Counted from the stretch's first letter, positions 49,265 through 61,929 are shown. The stretch is DNA of 64,000 nucleotides from an uncultured Acidobacteriota bacterium (GCA_963796275.1 CAWCKY010000003.1:1280001-1344000); one strand, 5' to 3'. Notes: generated from the sequence alone by a model not told the origin. Made by a program: numbers and translations.

Positions 49265-50464
49265 GTGCATGTAATCAGTCCACAGAAACAGATAAGTTCC
49301 ATAAGCGTTGATCGTTATCGAAGCGATGAGCAGGATAACTTCCAACGGCGTTATCCGCTTCGGACTATTTTCGAGCAGTATCAAAAAAATCCACGGGAAT
49401 AGTTCAATCGCATACCTGTAAGAGAACTGCCATCCGCCCGTATTCCCGTGACACCATAAAACGAGAGTGAGCAATCCGATCGCACACCACGAGAGCCATT
49501 TCAGAGTGGCATCGCACGAACCTCGTCTGAAGAGATAGATCAGATAAGGGCTGCTAAGGAATATCGAGCCGCCAAAACCTGTCGGAACCAGGTAAGGAAA
49601 TATTTCCACCCGTCGCCATGTCTCAAAGAGCATGGCTTGTATATTTCCAGGTATCGCATGGATCGAGAAGATGCCGTGTTGATACCAGGGCTCTTCCAGA
49701 ACACCGGGAATACGCGCATAGCCGAAATCGAAGACCGATCCGAAGCGCGCATAGTTGTATGCGAGAGTTGCGATACCCAGGGCTACTGGAATCGCGATGA
49801 AACCGGCAATGGCATACCACCGCGCCCGGGCTTCCCTCTGTGTCCGGTAGATCGAATAGATGAAGATAGGCGCGAGCAGAATGATCTCCGTCCGGTTGCC
49901 GAATGCCATGGCGAAGAATAGTCCGGCGAGCGCCGGCACGGGTTTGATGAGGATGAAATAAAGCGACGCCAGTTGGCCGACCACGGCCGCGCCGAGCGCT
50001 ATCTGCCATGCTCCGGCAAAAGCCAGATTGGCCCACATCCAACTGCCAAAGATAGGAAATAATGTCAGAAGCAGACGCCGTTCGGGACTATCGTTATTTT
50101 TTGCCGATATGGAAAAGAGGAGCAATGCTGCAGCTGAGGCGAGCAGAGCGGCTATAAAAATGCCAGGAAAATCGCTGACCAGTCCCAGCTCCGCGAGGAT
50201 GGCAAAGGGCATCATCGTCAGCACGCTTCCCAGCGGAAAGACCGAATAGTACCGGTCATTTTGAGGGACCATTTCGTTGAGATGTGGTGGAGGAGGTTCG
50301 CTCAGACCCAGATCGCCGTGAAGCAGTGCGGAAGCGATTCGAAACGTGTAGTCGTAATACGAGATCGAATTCGGATTGGAGGCGAAATAGATGAGGAAGG
50401 AGAGCGCAGGTAAGAGTAGATAACCACTCGCATAATATATCCGAGGTGTTATGTTTATTCTCAT
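49259..50464 (-). CDS. Polytopic membrane protein, GT-C-like
   Basis: About 10 TM segments; [15 protein letters not shown]...FGY, WQFSYRY...FP. Confidence 0.7.
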   Translation of the reverse strand: MRINITPRIYYASGYLLLPALSFLIYFASNPNSISYYDYTFRIASALLHGDLGLSEPPPPHLNEMVPQNDRYYSVFPLGSVLTMMPFAILAELGLVSDFPGIFIAALLASAAALLLFSISAKNNDSPERRLLLTLFPIFGSWMWANLAFAGAWQIALGAAVVGQLASLYFILIKPVPALAGLFFAMAFGNRTEIILLAPIFIYSIYRTQREARARWYAIAGFIAIPVALGIATLAYNYARFGSVFDFGYARIPGVLEEPWYQHGIFSIHAIPGNIQAMLFETWRRVEIFPYLVPTGFGGSIFLSSPYLIYLFRRGSCDATLKWLSWCAIGLLTLVLWCHGNTGGWQFSYRYAIELFPWIFLILLENSPKRITPLEVILLIASITINAYGTYLFLWTDYMHP

Positions 50465-50550
50465 ACTCAGAGACAAGGCATAAGCAAAGGATAAACGTGC
50501 AAAAGGAACAAAGGAACAGAATATCTCGGGCATCTGCTGCTTTTGGTTTT

Positions 50551-51534
50551 TTATCTCGCCAGATCGATTTGTGGATCGATCGATTTGGCGGGAGATTCCT
50601 TGCTAGAGGATTCTTCAGGAGAAGGTTGCGCAGGGGTAGTGGGTTCGACCGGAATGATCTCGACGACCGCCAGCCCCTCTTTCAATCGATCGAGCTCCTT
50701 CTCGAGATTATTGAGAGCAGCTCTGGCGGCGGCCTGGTGCGCGCCCTTGATCGTCGTGCCTTCGCCGGTGGCGAGACAGTAACCGTTGACTCGCAGTTCG
50801 ACCTGAAAGACGCGCTTATGATCGGGTCCGAGGCTTTCGACGATGGCATATTGAGGGGTGGGCAGCCCATAGGATTGGAGTCGTTCCTGAAGGGCGGTCT
50901 TATAGTCTGTGCCCGTCAGGTTCTGTGGATCGATCTCGATGAATGTCGAGGCGAACTCGCGGCGGATGAAATGCTTAGCCGCTTCGATCCCGCCATCGAG
51001 ATATATCGCCGCAATCAGGGCTTCGTAAGCATCGACCTGGAGCGCCATCTTGCTGCGGCCGCCGGTCTTCTCCTCGCCGCGGTTGAGCAACAGGTAGCTG
51101 CCAAGCCTCAAGCGGGCTGCGTGTTTTTGGAGATTTACCGCGCTGACTGCATATGCGCGCATCTTTGAGAGCGTGCCCTCAGTGTGCGTGGGGTGAAGCT
51201 CGAGCAGCCAGGAGCTGATCAGAAACTCGAGCACGGCGTCGCCGAGGAATTCCAACGCCTCGTTGTGCAACGGTCGCGGGTCCGGCTGTTCATTCGCGAA
51301 TGACCGATGCGTCAGAGCGCGACGCAGAAAGGCGCGATCGCGAAATCTATACTCTATCGCGCTCTCCAGTTGAGCCAACATACCTTCGAAGGCGCCAAGG
51401 AAAGAGATACCCCCTTCGACCAGCGTCGCGGTCTCATGTTCCTTCGGCTCTTCGGATAACTGCTCAGTTAACGTATCAACCTTATTTTCGATTGAATTGT
51501 CGCCCACAACTCTGAGTGCAGTGAAAGCCAGCAC
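50551..51534 (-). CDS. rnc: Ribonuclease III
   Basis: [31 protein letters not shown], ds[11 protein letters not shown]; start uncertain. Confidence 0.95.
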   Translation of the reverse strand: MLAFTALRVVGDNSIENKVDTLTEQLSEEPKEHETATLVEGGISFLGAFEGMLAQLESAIEYRFRDRAFLRRALTHRSFANEQPDPRPLHNEALEFLGDAVLEFLISSWLLELHPTHTEGTLSKMRAYAVSAVNLQKHAARLRLGSYLLLNRGEEKTGGRSKMALQVDAYEALIAAIYLDGGIEAAKHFIRREFASTFIEIDPQNLTGTDYKTALQERLQSYGLPTPQYAIVESLGPDHKRVFQVELRVNGYCLATGEGTTIKGAHQAAARAALNNLEKELDRLKEGLAVVEIIPVEPTTPAQPSPEESSSKESPAKSIDPQIDLAR

Positions 51535-51629
51535 TCGAGATGAGAGCTGGCTTTCGCTGCGGCACCGCCTATTTTTTCATCTGTTCTAATCAGATGACGA
51601 GGATCGATTTTAGCCGTATTGGAGGATAT

Positions 51630-52889
51630 TTATCGTTTACGGCCACTTTTCTTGGGCGTAGTCTTGCCCTTAGTCGTTTTGCCGCTCGTAGCCTTTGTCC
51701 CATTGGTGGTTCCGGTTGTCGGAACGGCCGTCGCACCAGTGGTCAATTTGGTCGTGCCGCCGGTTGCAGACGGCGCTGGAGCGCCCGTACCGTCATCAGC
51801 CTTTACCGGGACCGGCGGCCCCGGAACTGTCGGGTCGGCTTCAAAACTCTTGAGATATGGAGGAGCCTTCGTCGGGTCGTCGACGCGGAATTTCCAGAAA
51901 TTGTTAAAATCCTCCGTCGCATCGGTCTTCATCGCTGACAATTCCGGCTTGTTCGCTACCGCAATCATACGCGCCAGTTCCGGGATCATTTTTGTGTCGA
52001 GGAGATCATTTACCTGCTTGAGTAATTCCTTGCCTGAATCGCCGGTCTTCTGTTCGTCGGTCAGCGCATCATACTGCTTGCGCAATTCGGTGTATCTCTT
52101 GGTATAGATAGACCGGCGCATGCTGTAATTGTTCGGGTCCTTCCATCCGATATCCTTGTACTCCTGACTCCTTACTTTAATCGATTTGTCAATATAGGCT
52201 AACGCCTGATCTTGCGCATCGGTTTGGTCAGGTTTAGACAGAATCAGCATGTAACCGAGAACCTGATTCATATTGGCCAGTACCTGGTCACGCAGACTAA
52301 ATAGATTGTATTCGGTATATTGCTTTTTGTCCTTCTCAGCCGGCGCGAGCGTATCAAATGCAGTGAGCGCTCTATCGGCATATACCTTCACCCTGTCGTA
52401 GTTCTTGTATACTTCCGCAGCGACTGCCTGACTGGCGTACAATGCCTGAGATGCTATCACATAGAGCCGGTTTGCGTTTTTGGGATCGGTTTCAACCTCG
52501 AGAAAATCATCCCCGGCTGTCAGGATAGCCTCGAGATTAGTCGCATCCGGTTTTGATTCGGTATATTTTTTTAATGCGACGTTAAACTTCTCTATGGCCT
52601 TTGCATATATGTATTCATCGATCTTTTTCTTCGCAAATTCGATGTATTTTTTTTCCGAGTGATTGGGATATTTTTCGGTCAGCTCTTTCGAAAGCTGATA
52701 GCATTTCTCGGTATCTATCGGTTTCTTCGTGATACAGGCGTCATACCAGCCTTGAATGAACTCGATCTCTTTCGGGTCTTGTGCTGGTGCGTTTTGTGCA
52801 GGGGTAGATTGTGCTCGGGCAATTTGAGGTGAAAGCACAATCACACCGGTAAGCATCGCTAGCGCGGTTATATGAATAAAATTCTTCAT
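51630..52889 (-). CDS. Secreted helical (TPR-like) hypothetical protein with Thr/Lys-rich tail
   Basis: Signal peptide ending ARAQ; GGAGG RBS. Confidence 0.8.
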   Translation of the reverse strand: MKNFIHITALAMLTGVIVLSPQIARAQSTPAQNAPAQDPKEIEFIQGWYDACITKKPIDTEKCYQLSKELTEKYPNHSEKKYIEFAKKKIDEYIYAKAIEKFNVALKKYTESKPDATNLEAILTAGDDFLEVETDPKNANRLYVIASQALYASQAVAAEVYKNYDRVKVYADRALTAFDTLAPAEKDKKQYTEYNLFSLRDQVLANMNQVLGYMLILSKPDQTDAQDQALAYIDKSIKVRSQEYKDIGWKDPNNYSMRRSIYTKRYTELRKQYDALTDEQKTGDSGKELLKQVNDLLDTKMIPELARMIAVANKPELSAMKTDATEDFNNFWKFRVDDPTKAPPYLKSFEADPTVPGPPVPVKADDGTGAPAPSATGGTTKLTTGATAVPTTGTTNGTKATSGKTTKGKTTPKKSGRKR

Positions 52890-53015
52890 GATTAATCGAT
52901 CCTCCACAGTCTTCTTTAAGGATTCTTCCCGGGTTGTCGGGGCAAGCTACGTTGGGGTGCGTGGCTCGTCATATCTGATTTTGCTCTTAAAAATCTCGCT
53001 TCGGGTGCGCCTCTA

Positions 53016-53044
53016 TTGGACGCCGGAAGTCTTCCGTTAGTTCA
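53016..53044 (-). promoter_or_regulatory. ECF-sigma-type promoter
   Basis: TGAACT-16 nt-CGTCCAA on the minus strand. Confidence 0.55.
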
Positions 53045-53351
53045 CGCCTCCGGAATTTTTTTATAACTTCCTCCCCCTCGCCTTTGATCCTCTGCGTTTC
53101 GGGCTGCTTTTCCGCTCCCAAAACAAAGGTTGATTTACGAGTTAATAGTCGTGGCGGAGCTTATATTGACGCGGCGCTAACGGTTCCAGTCAGAACTTGT
53201 CAGATGCCTAGGTATTGTGCATGATTCGGATGCTTTGTCAAACGAGCAATTACCGGTTAACAAACGTAAATCGATAAACCACGACATAGCACAAGATCAA
53301 TTATTGCAGTAGTTGATTCAATGTCGCAAATCCACTTTTCAGAGTTGTATT

Positions 53352-54494
53352 ATGGCCTCTTTGTTAAATCATCTCAATACTCGTCAGGAAGCGATTCTGA
53401 ATTTGATCCGGGAACTGGTTGAGCGCGAGACCACTTCCCGTGCGGAGTCGAGCCTCAATGAGATCGCCCGTTTTGTTGGAAGGCAGTTGCAAATGGTGGG
53501 CGGTGAGATCGTTTTAACCGAACAGCGCGGATACGGCACACATCTGCGTGCGTATTTCGACTACCAGCACGACCCGGAAACCAGTCGCCTGCTCGTAATC
53601 GGCCATCTCGATACCGTCTGGCCCATCGGCACAATTGACAAAATGCCCTTCAAGGTCACTCAGGAAGGGCGCGCACATGGACCGGGAATCTTCGATATGA
53701 AATCGGGGATCGCGATTGTCATTGAAGCTTTGCGAACGATCGATACAATGAGACTGAAGACGCAGAGGCCGATCACAGTGCTCCTGACCTGCGACGAAGA
53801 GATAGGCAGTCGCACATCGCGTTCTCTGGTAGAAGATGAAGCGAAAAGGGCGGCGGCGGCACTGGTGCTCGAACCTCCGATCACGGGGGGCATCGTCAAG
53901 ACGGGACGGAAAGGGATAGGTAGCTTTACCATCCGAGCGATCGGGCGGGCGGCACATTCCGGGCTGGATCCAGACAAAGGCGTCAATGCAATCGTTGAAC
54001 TCGCCTATCAGACCCAGCGAGTGATGGCGCTCAATGATTACGTGCAGGGAATAACCGTCAACGTCGGGATGTTCAATGGCGGAACGGCCTTGAACGTTGT
54101 GCCCGCCGAGGCCACTGCTAAAGTCGATGTCCGGTTCTGGACGGCGAAGGATGGCGAAAGGATAATCAATGCCATCCGCGGACTCACCCCGGTACATGCC
54201 GGGTCGAAGCTTGAAATCTCGGGCGGAGTCAATCGGCCGCCGATGCCGCGCGATGAGAAGAACATTATGCTTTTCGAACATGCGCGGAGTCTGGCGGCGG
54301 AGATCGGGTTCCAATTGCGCGACCAGGTCGTCGGCGGCGGTTCGGATGGCAACTTTACGGCGGCCATGGGGGTGCCGACGCTCGACGGCCTGGGCGTCGA
54401 TGGCGCGGGAGCGCACGCGGAAAACGAGCACATTATCGTTAGCGATATACCGCGGCGGGCTGCGCTGTTGACCCGGCTAATGCAAACCGTGTGA
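53352..54494 (+). CDS. M20 metallopeptidase (glutamate carboxypeptidase-like)
   Basis: [37 protein letters not shown]. Confidence 0.93.
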   Translation: MASLLNHLNTRQEAILNLIRELVERETTSRAESSLNEIARFVGRQLQMVGGEIVLTEQRGYGTHLRAYFDYQHDPETSRLLVIGHLDTVWPIGTIDKMPFKVTQEGRAHGPGIFDMKSGIAIVIEALRTIDTMRLKTQRPITVLLTCDEEIGSRTSRSLVEDEAKRAAAALVLEPPITGGIVKTGRKGIGSFTIRAIGRAAHSGLDPDKGVNAIVELAYQTQRVMALNDYVQGITVNVGMFNGGTALNVVPAEATAKVDVRFWTAKDGERIINAIRGLTPVHAGSKLEISGGVNRPPMPRDEKNIMLFEHARSLAAEIGFQLRDQVVGGGSDGNFTAAMGVPTLDGLGVDGAGAHAENEHIIVSDIPRRAALLTRLMQTV

Positions 54495-54594
54495 TTGCGC
54501 ATGAAGATTCACTGAAGCAGTCACGCAAAGATATAATATGTTTTCATTCATCGTGTTTTTGTGGTGAATCCTCAGCCGCAATCCGCAATTGTAT

Positions 54595-55881
54595 ATGGAA
54601 CGAATTTACCGTGATCCGGTTCACAACATAATCGCTCTCTCGGAGTCGCGAGCGGATGATGCGCTGCTCATTGAGCTGATCGATACGGCGGAATTTCAGC
54701 GCCTGCGCCATATAAAACAGCTCGGGCTTGCGCTCTATACCTACCAGGGTGCTGAGCATTCGCGATTCACCCATTCGCTCGGCGTCATGCACATCATGAC
54801 GCGGGTGTTGGATCACCTCCAGAGGCGGTACACCATCAGCGATGAGGCCCGGCTGGTAGCGCGTGCAGCGGCCATGCTCCATGACATCGGGCACGGCCCC
54901 TTCTCTCACGTCATCGAAAAAGTTCTCAAGCAGAATCACGAGCGATGGTCTATGCGGATCATCGCCGATCCGTCCACCAACGTGCACCAGCGCCTGGCGT
55001 CCTACGATCCGGGCTTGCCGGAGAAGGTTGTCGCAGCAATCGATCATCGCTATCGCCCCGCTTATGTGGGGCAGCTCGTTTCATCACAGCTCGACGTCGA
55101 TCGCTTCGACTACCTGCTGCGCGATAGCCTGATGACCGGCGCGAAATACGGTATTTACGATCTGGAATGGATCATCCACGCGCTTGAGATCGATCAACGG
55201 AACGACCGGGTCTACGTCGGTGCCAACGGTCTTTATGCCGTTGAAGAATACCTGCAGTCGCGATATTACATGTTTCGCCAGGTCTACTTTCATCGCCTGC
55301 TGCGTTCCGCCGAGGCTGTGTTGCTGAGCATACTGCGGCGCGCTATCGAGATAATGAAAGCAGGATCCCTCAATTTCGTCGTATCCGGATCGGTGATGGA
55401 GCGCGTATTGGCCGGAGAAGAATTGACGCTCGCCGAATATCTGCTCTTCGATGACCATGATGTGATGTTTCACATCAAGCGATGGACGTGTGAGCCGGAC
55501 GGGATACTGAGCGATCTCTCACGGCGTTTTATGGAACGCAGGCTGTTCAAGGTGATAGATCTGGATCTCGATGGCGATGAACGATTGCGATACATCGAGC
55601 GAGCGCGCAGGAATGTCCAGAAGTTGGGGTTTGACCCGCGTTACTACTTAATAGATGATCATGCAGCCGATATTCCCTACTATAGTTATTATCGTCCCGA
55701 AGGTAAGGCGCGCATTTATATCGAGCGTCAGGGAGAGATATGCGACATCGCCGAGGTCTCGAGCGTCGTGCGCGGGATGCGGGGATATGAACTCCGGCGC
55801 CTCTGCTTCCCTCAGGAGGCGACCGCAGCAATTGTGGGGTCGGGTAGAAATCAGAAGGCTAAAGGTAAAATCAAAGGGTAA
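54595..55881 (+). CDS. HD-domain phosphohydrolase (SAMHD1/YdhJ-like)
   Basis: [47 protein letters not shown]. Confidence 0.93.
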   Translation: MERIYRDPVHNIIALSESRADDALLIELIDTAEFQRLRHIKQLGLALYTYQGAEHSRFTHSLGVMHIMTRVLDHLQRRYTISDEARLVARAAAMLHDIGHGPFSHVIEKVLKQNHERWSMRIIADPSTNVHQRLASYDPGLPEKVVAAIDHRYRPAYVGQLVSSQLDVDRFDYLLRDSLMTGAKYGIYDLEWIIHALEIDQRNDRVYVGANGLYAVEEYLQSRYYMFRQVYFHRLLRSAEAVLLSILRRAIEIMKAGSLNFVVSGSVMERVLAGEELTLAEYLLFDDHDVMFHIKRWTCEPDGILSDLSRRFMERRLFKVIDLDLDGDERLRYIERARRNVQKLGFDPRYYLIDDHAADIPYYSYYRPEGKARIYIERQGEICDIAEVSSVVRGMRGYELRRLCFPQEATAAIVGSGRNQKAKGKIKG

Positions 55882-56014
55882 AATGTGAAATATAGGAATT
55901 ATTACTTATAACTTTTGATTTCATCTACTGGGGCCAGTGCGGTATAATTTCCGCTGCCCCTAACCGTAGGCCGCCGATACAGGGCGTTTAAGAATAATAA
56001 ACTCGTAAATAGTC

Positions 56015-57415
56015 ATGTCGCGTATTTCGCTACACGCCAGATTGTCTCTCTGCTTCCTGCTTTGGCTGTTGCTTTGTTTCTTCCCGACCGGGGCGCGCAC
56101 CCAGGAGACGCAAGCGACATCGACCGCCTCGATTCCCTATCCCACGCTGCCCCGTGAAGAACGGATAAAGCTGTTTGAGCAGGTGTGGCGGTCTATCAAC
56201 GAAAATTACTACGATCGTAATTTTAACGGGATCGATTGGAAGCTGCAGCGCGAGATATTTCGCCTGCAAGCCGAATCAGCGGTGAGCAATGAAGACCTCT
56301 ATCGGACCCTGCGACAGATGATAGGCAAATTGGGCGATGCGCATACGCGCATCTACGCACCCGAAGATGGATTTGATCGTTATCGCCCTTCCGGCACGAC
56401 GGTCGGGGTGATCGTGCGCAGGATCGAAGATAAACCGATCGTCACATGGGTCGAACCCAGCTCGGAGGCGTTTAGACAAGGGGTTCGACAGGGATTCACC
56501 GTTTTCTCGGTTAATGGTCAACCCGTCGAGAAAGTACTGGATAAGGTTCGGGCGGATGTGGGAGATAGCTCGACCAAGGTCGCCCTTGAGCTGCTGAGTT
56601 ATGATCGGATTTTTGCCGGGCCACGCGGCACGCCGGTGATAGTGGCATTCCTCGACGAAGGGGGGAGAAGGAGAGTGGTGACGTTGATGCGGCGTTTCGT
56701 CGAGTTCCAACGGCGGGTGACCGTGCGCCAAATGCCTAATCGTCTCGGGTACATCGAATTGACTGGCTTCGGCCCGGAGATCGAGCGTGAATTCGAATAC
56801 GCGATGCAATATATGATGGAGACCGGGACGCGCGGGATAATTCTGGACTTGCGCAACAACGGCGGCGGTTTCGTGAGCACGGTTGCGCAGGTAGCCAGCT
56901 ATTTCTTTGACGAAGAAGTCGATCTGGGTGAATTTATTACGAGGCAGGGACGTTCGACTCGCCGCAAGACGCAGCGACAGCGAACCTTTTACCGTGAACC
57001 CTTGATTGTGCTCGTCAGCGCGCGTTCGGCGAGCGGTTCAGAGATCTTTGCGGCGGCGATGCAGGAGAGGAAGCGCGCCACTATCCTGAGCACAAACTCG
57101 ACCACCTGCGGCTGTCTGCTCGGCGTCAGCCGGACCATAAAACTGCTCGATGGCGGCAAGTTGAACATCAGCGATACCGATTTTCGCACCTCGATGGGCC
57201 GTCGCATTGAAGGCACCGGTGTGACACCGGATTATATAATCGAGATGCGTACTGCCGATCTGCTTGCCGGCCGCGACCGTGCGTTGGAAGCGGGAGTGGA
57301 TCAGCTCAGCCGTATGATAGCTTTCGGGCGCGACAAATGGGAGATTGGGTTCCCCTTGAAGGTGCCGAATCTCGGGGTGCGCGCGTCCACCCGTAGTTCA
57401 GCTGTATCTCGATGA
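56015..57415 (+). CDS. S41-family C-terminal processing peptidase
   Basis: Signal peptide, [36 protein letters not shown]. Confidence 0.92.
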   Translation: MSRISLHARLSLCFLLWLLLCFFPTGARTQETQATSTASIPYPTLPREERIKLFEQVWRSINENYYDRNFNGIDWKLQREIFRLQAESAVSNEDLYRTLRQMIGKLGDAHTRIYAPEDGFDRYRPSGTTVGVIVRRIEDKPIVTWVEPSSEAFRQGVRQGFTVFSVNGQPVEKVLDKVRADVGDSSTKVALELLSYDRIFAGPRGTPVIVAFLDEGGRRRVVTLMRRFVEFQRRVTVRQMPNRLGYIELTGFGPEIEREFEYAMQYMMETGTRGIILDLRNNGGGFVSTVAQVASYFFDEEVDLGEFITRQGRSTRRKTQRQRTFYREPLIVLVSARSASGSEIFAAAMQERKRATILSTNSTTCGCLLGVSRTIKLLDGGKLNISDTDFRTSMGRRIEGTGVTPDYIIEMRTADLLAGRDRALEAGVDQLSRMIAFGRDKWEIGFPLKVPNLGVRASTRSSAVSR

Positions 57416-57465
57416 ACTTTAGCCCCCAATTGTCAATCCACACAATATGTCGGGAGTTTGGTTCT

Positions 57466-58410
57466 ATGAGCCGTATATTGCAGTTCGCGATCTGCATCGT
57501 ACTTCTATTAACAACCATCAGCGTCGCACAGGCGCAATGGGTCCTGGCTTTTGAAGACAAAACGAGGCGGGACCTGAATGGGGTCTTTTTTCTCGATCAG
57601 CGTTTCGGTTGGATCATCGGCGATGGGGGGATCATTCATGCAACACAGACCAGCGGTCAGGGATGGGTTGTTCAAAACCCCAAGGTCAAGGCCAACATTA
57701 AGGAGGTCTATTTCCGAAATCGTGAAGAAGGATGGGTGATCGCCAGCGGAGGCCACATCCTGCGAACGCTGGATGGAGGAGAGACGTGGTCGGTCGCCTA
57801 TAAGTTGGCGGTGGACTCGAAGGAGGGCAAGCAGGGATTAAACAGCATCGCTTTTCCCAATAAGAATAAGGGTTGGGTGGTAGGGACGTCCGGCCGAATC
57901 CTCATCACCGAGGACGGCGGAGCGAGTTGGCGTGAACAGGAGAGCGGTACTAGCGAGGAATTGGTCCACGTTCGCTTCGTCAATGATAAACGCGGTTGGG
58001 TTGTCGGTGGAAACGGAACTATACTATTCACCGACGATAGCGGAAGGACCTGGGAAAAACAGAAGAGCCCGTATATAGGCCCGCTCTATCACATCGATGT
58101 GCGCGGTAAAGACACCGCCTGGATAGTAGGGGATAATGGAACGATACTTTTCACGGGAAATACCGGAACGATCTGGGATAAGATCAAGCTCAACACGAAA
58201 GAGACGCTTGTCAATATCGCCTTCGCCAATGACAAGAATGGCTGGGTTACCGGCTGGAATGGCACGATTCTCCGTACCGGAGATGGCGGCAGAAATTGGA
58301 TCGAACAGGAGAGCGGAACTACTGTGAATCTGTACGGCCTGTCGGTTTCGAAGAAGCAGGTCTGGGCAGTGGGTGGGGATGGTTTGGTCTTAAAATACAA
58401 AAACGAATAA
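57466..58410 (+). CDS. YCF48-related beta-propeller protein
   Basis: Repeated GWVVG..G.IL.T.DGG..W; signal peptide. Confidence 0.9.
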   Translation: MSRILQFAICIVLLLTTISVAQAQWVLAFEDKTRRDLNGVFFLDQRFGWIIGDGGIIHATQTSGQGWVVQNPKVKANIKEVYFRNREEGWVIASGGHILRTLDGGETWSVAYKLAVDSKEGKQGLNSIAFPNKNKGWVVGTSGRILITEDGGASWREQESGTSEELVHVRFVNDKRGWVVGGNGTILFTDDSGRTWEKQKSPYIGPLYHIDVRGKDTAWIVGDNGTILFTGNTGTIWDKIKLNTKETLVNIAFANDKNGWVTGWNGTILRTGDGGRNWIEQESGTTVNLYGLSVSKKQVWAVGGDGLVLKYKNE

Positions 58411-58486
58411 AGAAAGAAGTAAAAGGGTAATAAGAAGAAGGGGCAAAGAATTTGTTTCTTCTTGTAATTGCCCTTTTTGTTTGCTC

Positions 58487-59749
58487 TCATTCATACCTCA
58501 ATCCTTCGACGGGCGTCAGGCGTGATGCAGTTCTCGACGGATAAAGAGTTGCCAGTAGACAGATCACGATTGCAAGTACAGCTACCGCGATGCAGTCGAT
58601 CGCGCGCATTTTGAGCGTCACGTGTGAAACCGCGTAGATCTCGGCCGGAATGGAGATCAGCCGATACGCGTTCGCGATCCAGCATACCGTGAGGCCGAGC
58701 GCCAGCCCCGATCCCGCGCCGATCACGCCGATGATGGCTCCCTGGAAGATGAAAATTCTGCGAATCGCCCGCGGGGTAGCGCCCTGAGCGCGAAGGATCG
58801 CGATGTCTTTGTTCTTTTCGATGACCGTCATCGTCAGCGTTGTGATGATGTTGAGCGCTGCGATGGCTATCAGCAGGGCGAAGAAGATGATAATCATGCG
58901 ATGTTGCAATTGCAGCGCTGCGAAGAGCCCGCTATTCAATTCCAGCCAGTTGGTCGTGATGAATCCTTCCCCCGCCACCAGGCGCACTTTCTCTCCGATC
59001 TCCCTGACGGCATAAATATCCTCGACTTTCATCTCGATGATCTTGGCCGTCTGGCCGATTCCGCTCAAACTCTGGGCTGCTTTCAGGTCGATATAGGCCC
59101 AGTTTCTGTCGTATGAATATAAACCCGAAGAGAAAATTCCCACCACACGAAATTTAGTGTAGCGCGGCCTGGGCTGTAACCCTGCCGGTGTCAGCCGCGA
59201 TTGTGCGGAGATGGCTGTTACGAAACTATTCAACCCGATCCCCAGAGTTCTAGCCAACTCATCTCCGACGATCATCCCCTCGATCGGCTCGTCCGCATCA
59301 TTCTTGATCGCATCGCCGGACCTGAGCAAAGAAGGATCGCCCTCGACAATTGTCGAAATGACTTCGTTGGCACCAAGCGCATTGCTCATATCGACGCTTT
59401 TTAAGATCGCCTGCTCCTGAATATTCCCGAAGCTCAGGAGAACCGGGGTGTAGCTGGTGGCGATTGGCTCCCGGACTCCATCTACCTGGCTGATGCGTTT
59501 TATCAGATCGTCATAGTCCGCAATCCCGCCGTTGTCTTCCCTTAGCAAGTTGAGATGCGCGGTGCCTTTAAGTATCTTATCCTGCACGTCGGAACGAAAA
59601 CCGGTAATCAACGCCTGGGCCACGATGAGAGCCGCAACGCCCAGCGTGATGCCGGCCACGGCTATGGCGGTGATCACCGAAACCGCAGTCTGGCGCCGCC
59701 GGGCCGTTAAGTAGCGGAATGCAATGAAAGATTCGTAGGACAATTTCAT
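58487..59749 (-). CDS. LolC/E-family ABC permease
   Basis: [16 protein letters not shown]...[26 protein letters not shown]. Confidence 0.9.
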   Translation of the reverse strand: MKLSYESFIAFRYLTARRRQTAVSVITAIAVAGITLGVAALIVAQALITGFRSDVQDKILKGTAHLNLLREDNGGIADYDDLIKRISQVDGVREPIATSYTPVLLSFGNIQEQAILKSVDMSNALGANEVISTIVEGDPSLLRSGDAIKNDADEPIEGMIVGDELARTLGIGLNSFVTAISAQSRLTPAGLQPRPRYTKFRVVGIFSSGLYSYDRNWAYIDLKAAQSLSGIGQTAKIIEMKVEDIYAVREIGEKVRLVAGEGFITTNWLELNSGLFAALQLQHRMIIIFFALLIAIAALNIITTLTMTVIEKNKDIAILRAQGATPRAIRRIFIFQGAIIGVIGAGSGLALGLTVCWIANAYRLISIPAEIYAVSHVTLKMRAIDCIAVAVLAIVICLLATLYPSRTASRLTPVEGLRYE

Positions 59750-61311
59750 TTGGTTTCGGGCCGCATATGCGGGAAGAGGATAACGTCGCGGATCGATCGC
59801 TGATTGGTCAGTATCATCACCAGTCGATCGATGCCGATGCCTTCTCCGCCGGTCGGCGGCATGCCGTAGGAGAGCGCCCTGATGTAATCTTCATCCATCA
59901 CCATCGCCTCGTCATCGCCGCGCTCGCGCTGCGACATTTGTTCTTCGAAACGGCGGCGCTGTTCGGCGGGATCGTTCAACTCCGAAAAAGCGTTTGCGAT
60001 CTCCATCTTAGCGATGAACAGCTCAAAGCGCTCGACAAAACGGGGATCGCCCGCCTTCTGCTTCGATAACGGCGAGAGCTCGGTCGGGAATTCCATGATG
60101 AAGGTCGGGTTGATGAGCTCCGGCTCGGCGACTCGTTCGAATATTTCGCCCAGCAGCTGCCCGTCGTTCAATTTGGGATTGTAGTTCAATCCGATCGAAG
60201 CTGCCGCCTCTTCGAGCTTTTTGCGATCCATCAAATCTTCAGGCGTGGGGCGGGTCGATTCCGCCGGCCAGTATTTGATGACCGCCTCGCGCATCGTCAA
60301 GCGCTGCCATTTATCGAAATCGATCGAAAGATCGGAGTATGTCACCTGGCGCGATCCGGCTATTCGGTCGACGAGCGTCATGATCAGCTCTTCGGTCAAA
60401 TCCATCATGTCGTTGAAGTCCGAATAGGCTTCGTACCATTCGAGCATGGTGAACTCGGGGTTGTGTTTGTAAGAGAGCCCTTCGTTGCGAAAGTTGCGGT
60501 TGATCTCATAGACCTTCTCGAATCCGCCGACGATCAGCCTCTTCAGATAGAGCTCCGGCGCGATACGGGCGAAGAGATCGATATCCAGAGCGTTGTGATG
60601 AGTGACGAAGGGGCGGGCCGCCGCGCCCGTGGCCAGCGGCGAGAGCATCGGCGTTTCGACCTCGATATATCCGCGCTCGTCGAAGAAGTGGCGGACCGCG
60701 CGGATGATCCGCGCCCGCTTCTCGAAGACTTCGCGCGTCGTCAGCTCGCCCGGCAGGCGTTCGTGCGCAGCGCTGCTCGCGATCAGATCGACATAACGCT
60801 GGCGATAGCGCAGCTCTTTATCTTGTACGCCGTGATACTTGTCCGGCATCGGCAACATCGCTTTGGCCAGGAATTCCAGGCGTATCGCGTGTAGCGATAG
60901 CTCGCCCGTCTTCGTAATGAAGAGAAACCCGGTAACGCCGATCCAGTCGCCGTGGTCCAGCTTCCGAGAAAGTTCCCAGCCGGCCTCGCCGATATCGTTC
61001 TTGCGCATGTAAATCTGAAGTTGGTTCAACCCGTCGGAGAGGTGCGCGAACGCCGCCTTGCCCATCAATCGCGGAGTCAGCATGCGGCCGGCGATGCGCA
61101 CTTCGCCGCCTTCGGCCGCTTTCAATTGGGCGTTTGCGCGCTCGAGTTCGGCATCGTCCTTTTTGCCGGCGTAGCTCATATATCGTTCCGCTAGCTGCGA
61201 GATCGTATGAGTGCGGTCGAAGCGGTTGGGATAGGCGGCGTGACCCATGGCCGCTATTTCGGATAGGTGGAGCTTGCGTTGTTTAATCTGGTCGTTGTCT
61301 TGATCGAGCAA
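59746..61311 (-). CDS. lysS: Lysyl-tRNA synthetase (class II)
   Basis: [47 protein letters not shown]; GAGGAG RBS, TTG start. Confidence 0.97.
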   Translation of the reverse strand: MLDQDNDQIKQRKLHLSEIAAMGHAAYPNRFDRTHTISQLAERYMSYAGKKDDAELERANAQLKAAEGGEVRIAGRMLTPRLMGKAAFAHLSDGLNQLQIYMRKNDIGEAGWELSRKLDHGDWIGVTGFLFITKTGELSLHAIRLEFLAKAMLPMPDKYHGVQDKELRYRQRYVDLIASSAAHERLPGELTTREVFEKRARIIRAVRHFFDERGYIEVETPMLSPLATGAAARPFVTHHNALDIDLFARIAPELYLKRLIVGGFEKVYEINRNFRNEGLSYKHNPEFTMLEWYEAYSDFNDMMDLTEELIMTLVDRIAGSRQVTYSDLSIDFDKWQRLTMREAVIKYWPAESTRPTPEDLMDRKKLEEAAASIGLNYNPKLNDGQLLGEIFERVAEPELINPTFIMEFPTELSPLSKQKAGDPRFVERFELFIAKMEIANAFSELNDPAEQRRRFEEQMSQRERGDDEAMVMDEDYIRALSYGMPPTGGEGIGIDRLVMILTNQRSIRDVILFPHMRPETK

Positions 61312-61325
61312 TTACAACTCCTCGG

Positions 61326-61416
61326 AAAATAGTTTTTAGTTTTTAGTTGAGCATCTCGATCGGCAACTAAAACGACTAAAACTGAAAACTGAAAACTGAA
61401 AACTGAAAACTATTTT
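61326..61416. repeat. Inverted heptamer arrays (AGTTTTT)n / (AAAACTG)n in the lysS leader
   Basis: aaaatagtttttagtttttagttg ... caactaaaac...aaaactgaaaactgaaaactgaaaactgaaaactatttt. Confidence 0.85.
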
Positions 61417-61545
61417 GGCACAAATGGGCGGTTTGCACGTTTGAGATTTGAGAAACCGTCCCAGTAGTGTAATGATCCCGCCCCTAATCAGACGGTGCGC
61501 CCATAGAAACGCGAATTATAACAGATTTCAAAAAAGGAGCTGAAC

Positions 61546-61878
61546 ATGAGAACCCGTATGAGATTCCTGATTATTACAGGAGCCGCGCTTTTAATCATGA
61601 TCGCGGCCGTGCTCGCGAAAAACGTGGATTCGAAGGAATCAGCGGATGCCGGCGCCTGGGAGTACCTGGTCGTCGCCGGCGGTACCGTTAACCTCGAATC
61701 GGTGAGCGGTAGAGAGTTCAAGGAGATGCAGAAACAATCGGATGGATCGTTCAGAGAAGCCACTGTGTTGCAGAGAAATTTAGACAAACTCGGTGCGAAG
61801 GGCTGGCAATTGGTCACGGTATACGGCTCACCCAATTCTCAGATCTATTATTTCAAACGGCCGAAAGAGGTGAGATGA
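61546..61878 (+). CDS. DUF4177-like exported small protein
   Basis: WEYLVV...LDKLGAKGWQLV...YYFKRP; AAAGGAG RBS. Confidence 0.8.
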   Translation: MRTRMRFLIITGAALLIMIAAVLAKNVDSKESADAGAWEYLVVAGGTVNLESVSGREFKEMQKQSDGSFREATVLQRNLDKLGAKGWQLVTVYGSPNSQIYYFKRPKEVR

Positions 61879-61902
61879 CCGTCCGGAAAGGCGAAATTTT
61901 GG

Positions 61903-61929
61903 TGAAACATCTCTATTACCCGTCGCGTA
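61903..61929 (+). promoter_or_regulatory. ECF (SigW-like) promoter
   Basis: TGAAAC-17 nt-CGTA. Confidence 0.5.

Noticed and set aside
52890-53351. tRNA or riboswitch in the long intergenic region
   Set aside because: No cloverleaf or recognisable aptamer; only promoter-like motifs
54595-55881. Anti-phage dNTPase system
   Set aside because: Widespread housekeeping-type HD family in a core context with no defence neighbours
957-61194. Long antisense or alternate-frame ORFs (e.g. 957-2129, 10050-10973, 18717-20045, 28646-29551, 53514-54431)
   Set aside because: Shadows of GC-rich real genes with no recognisable motifs
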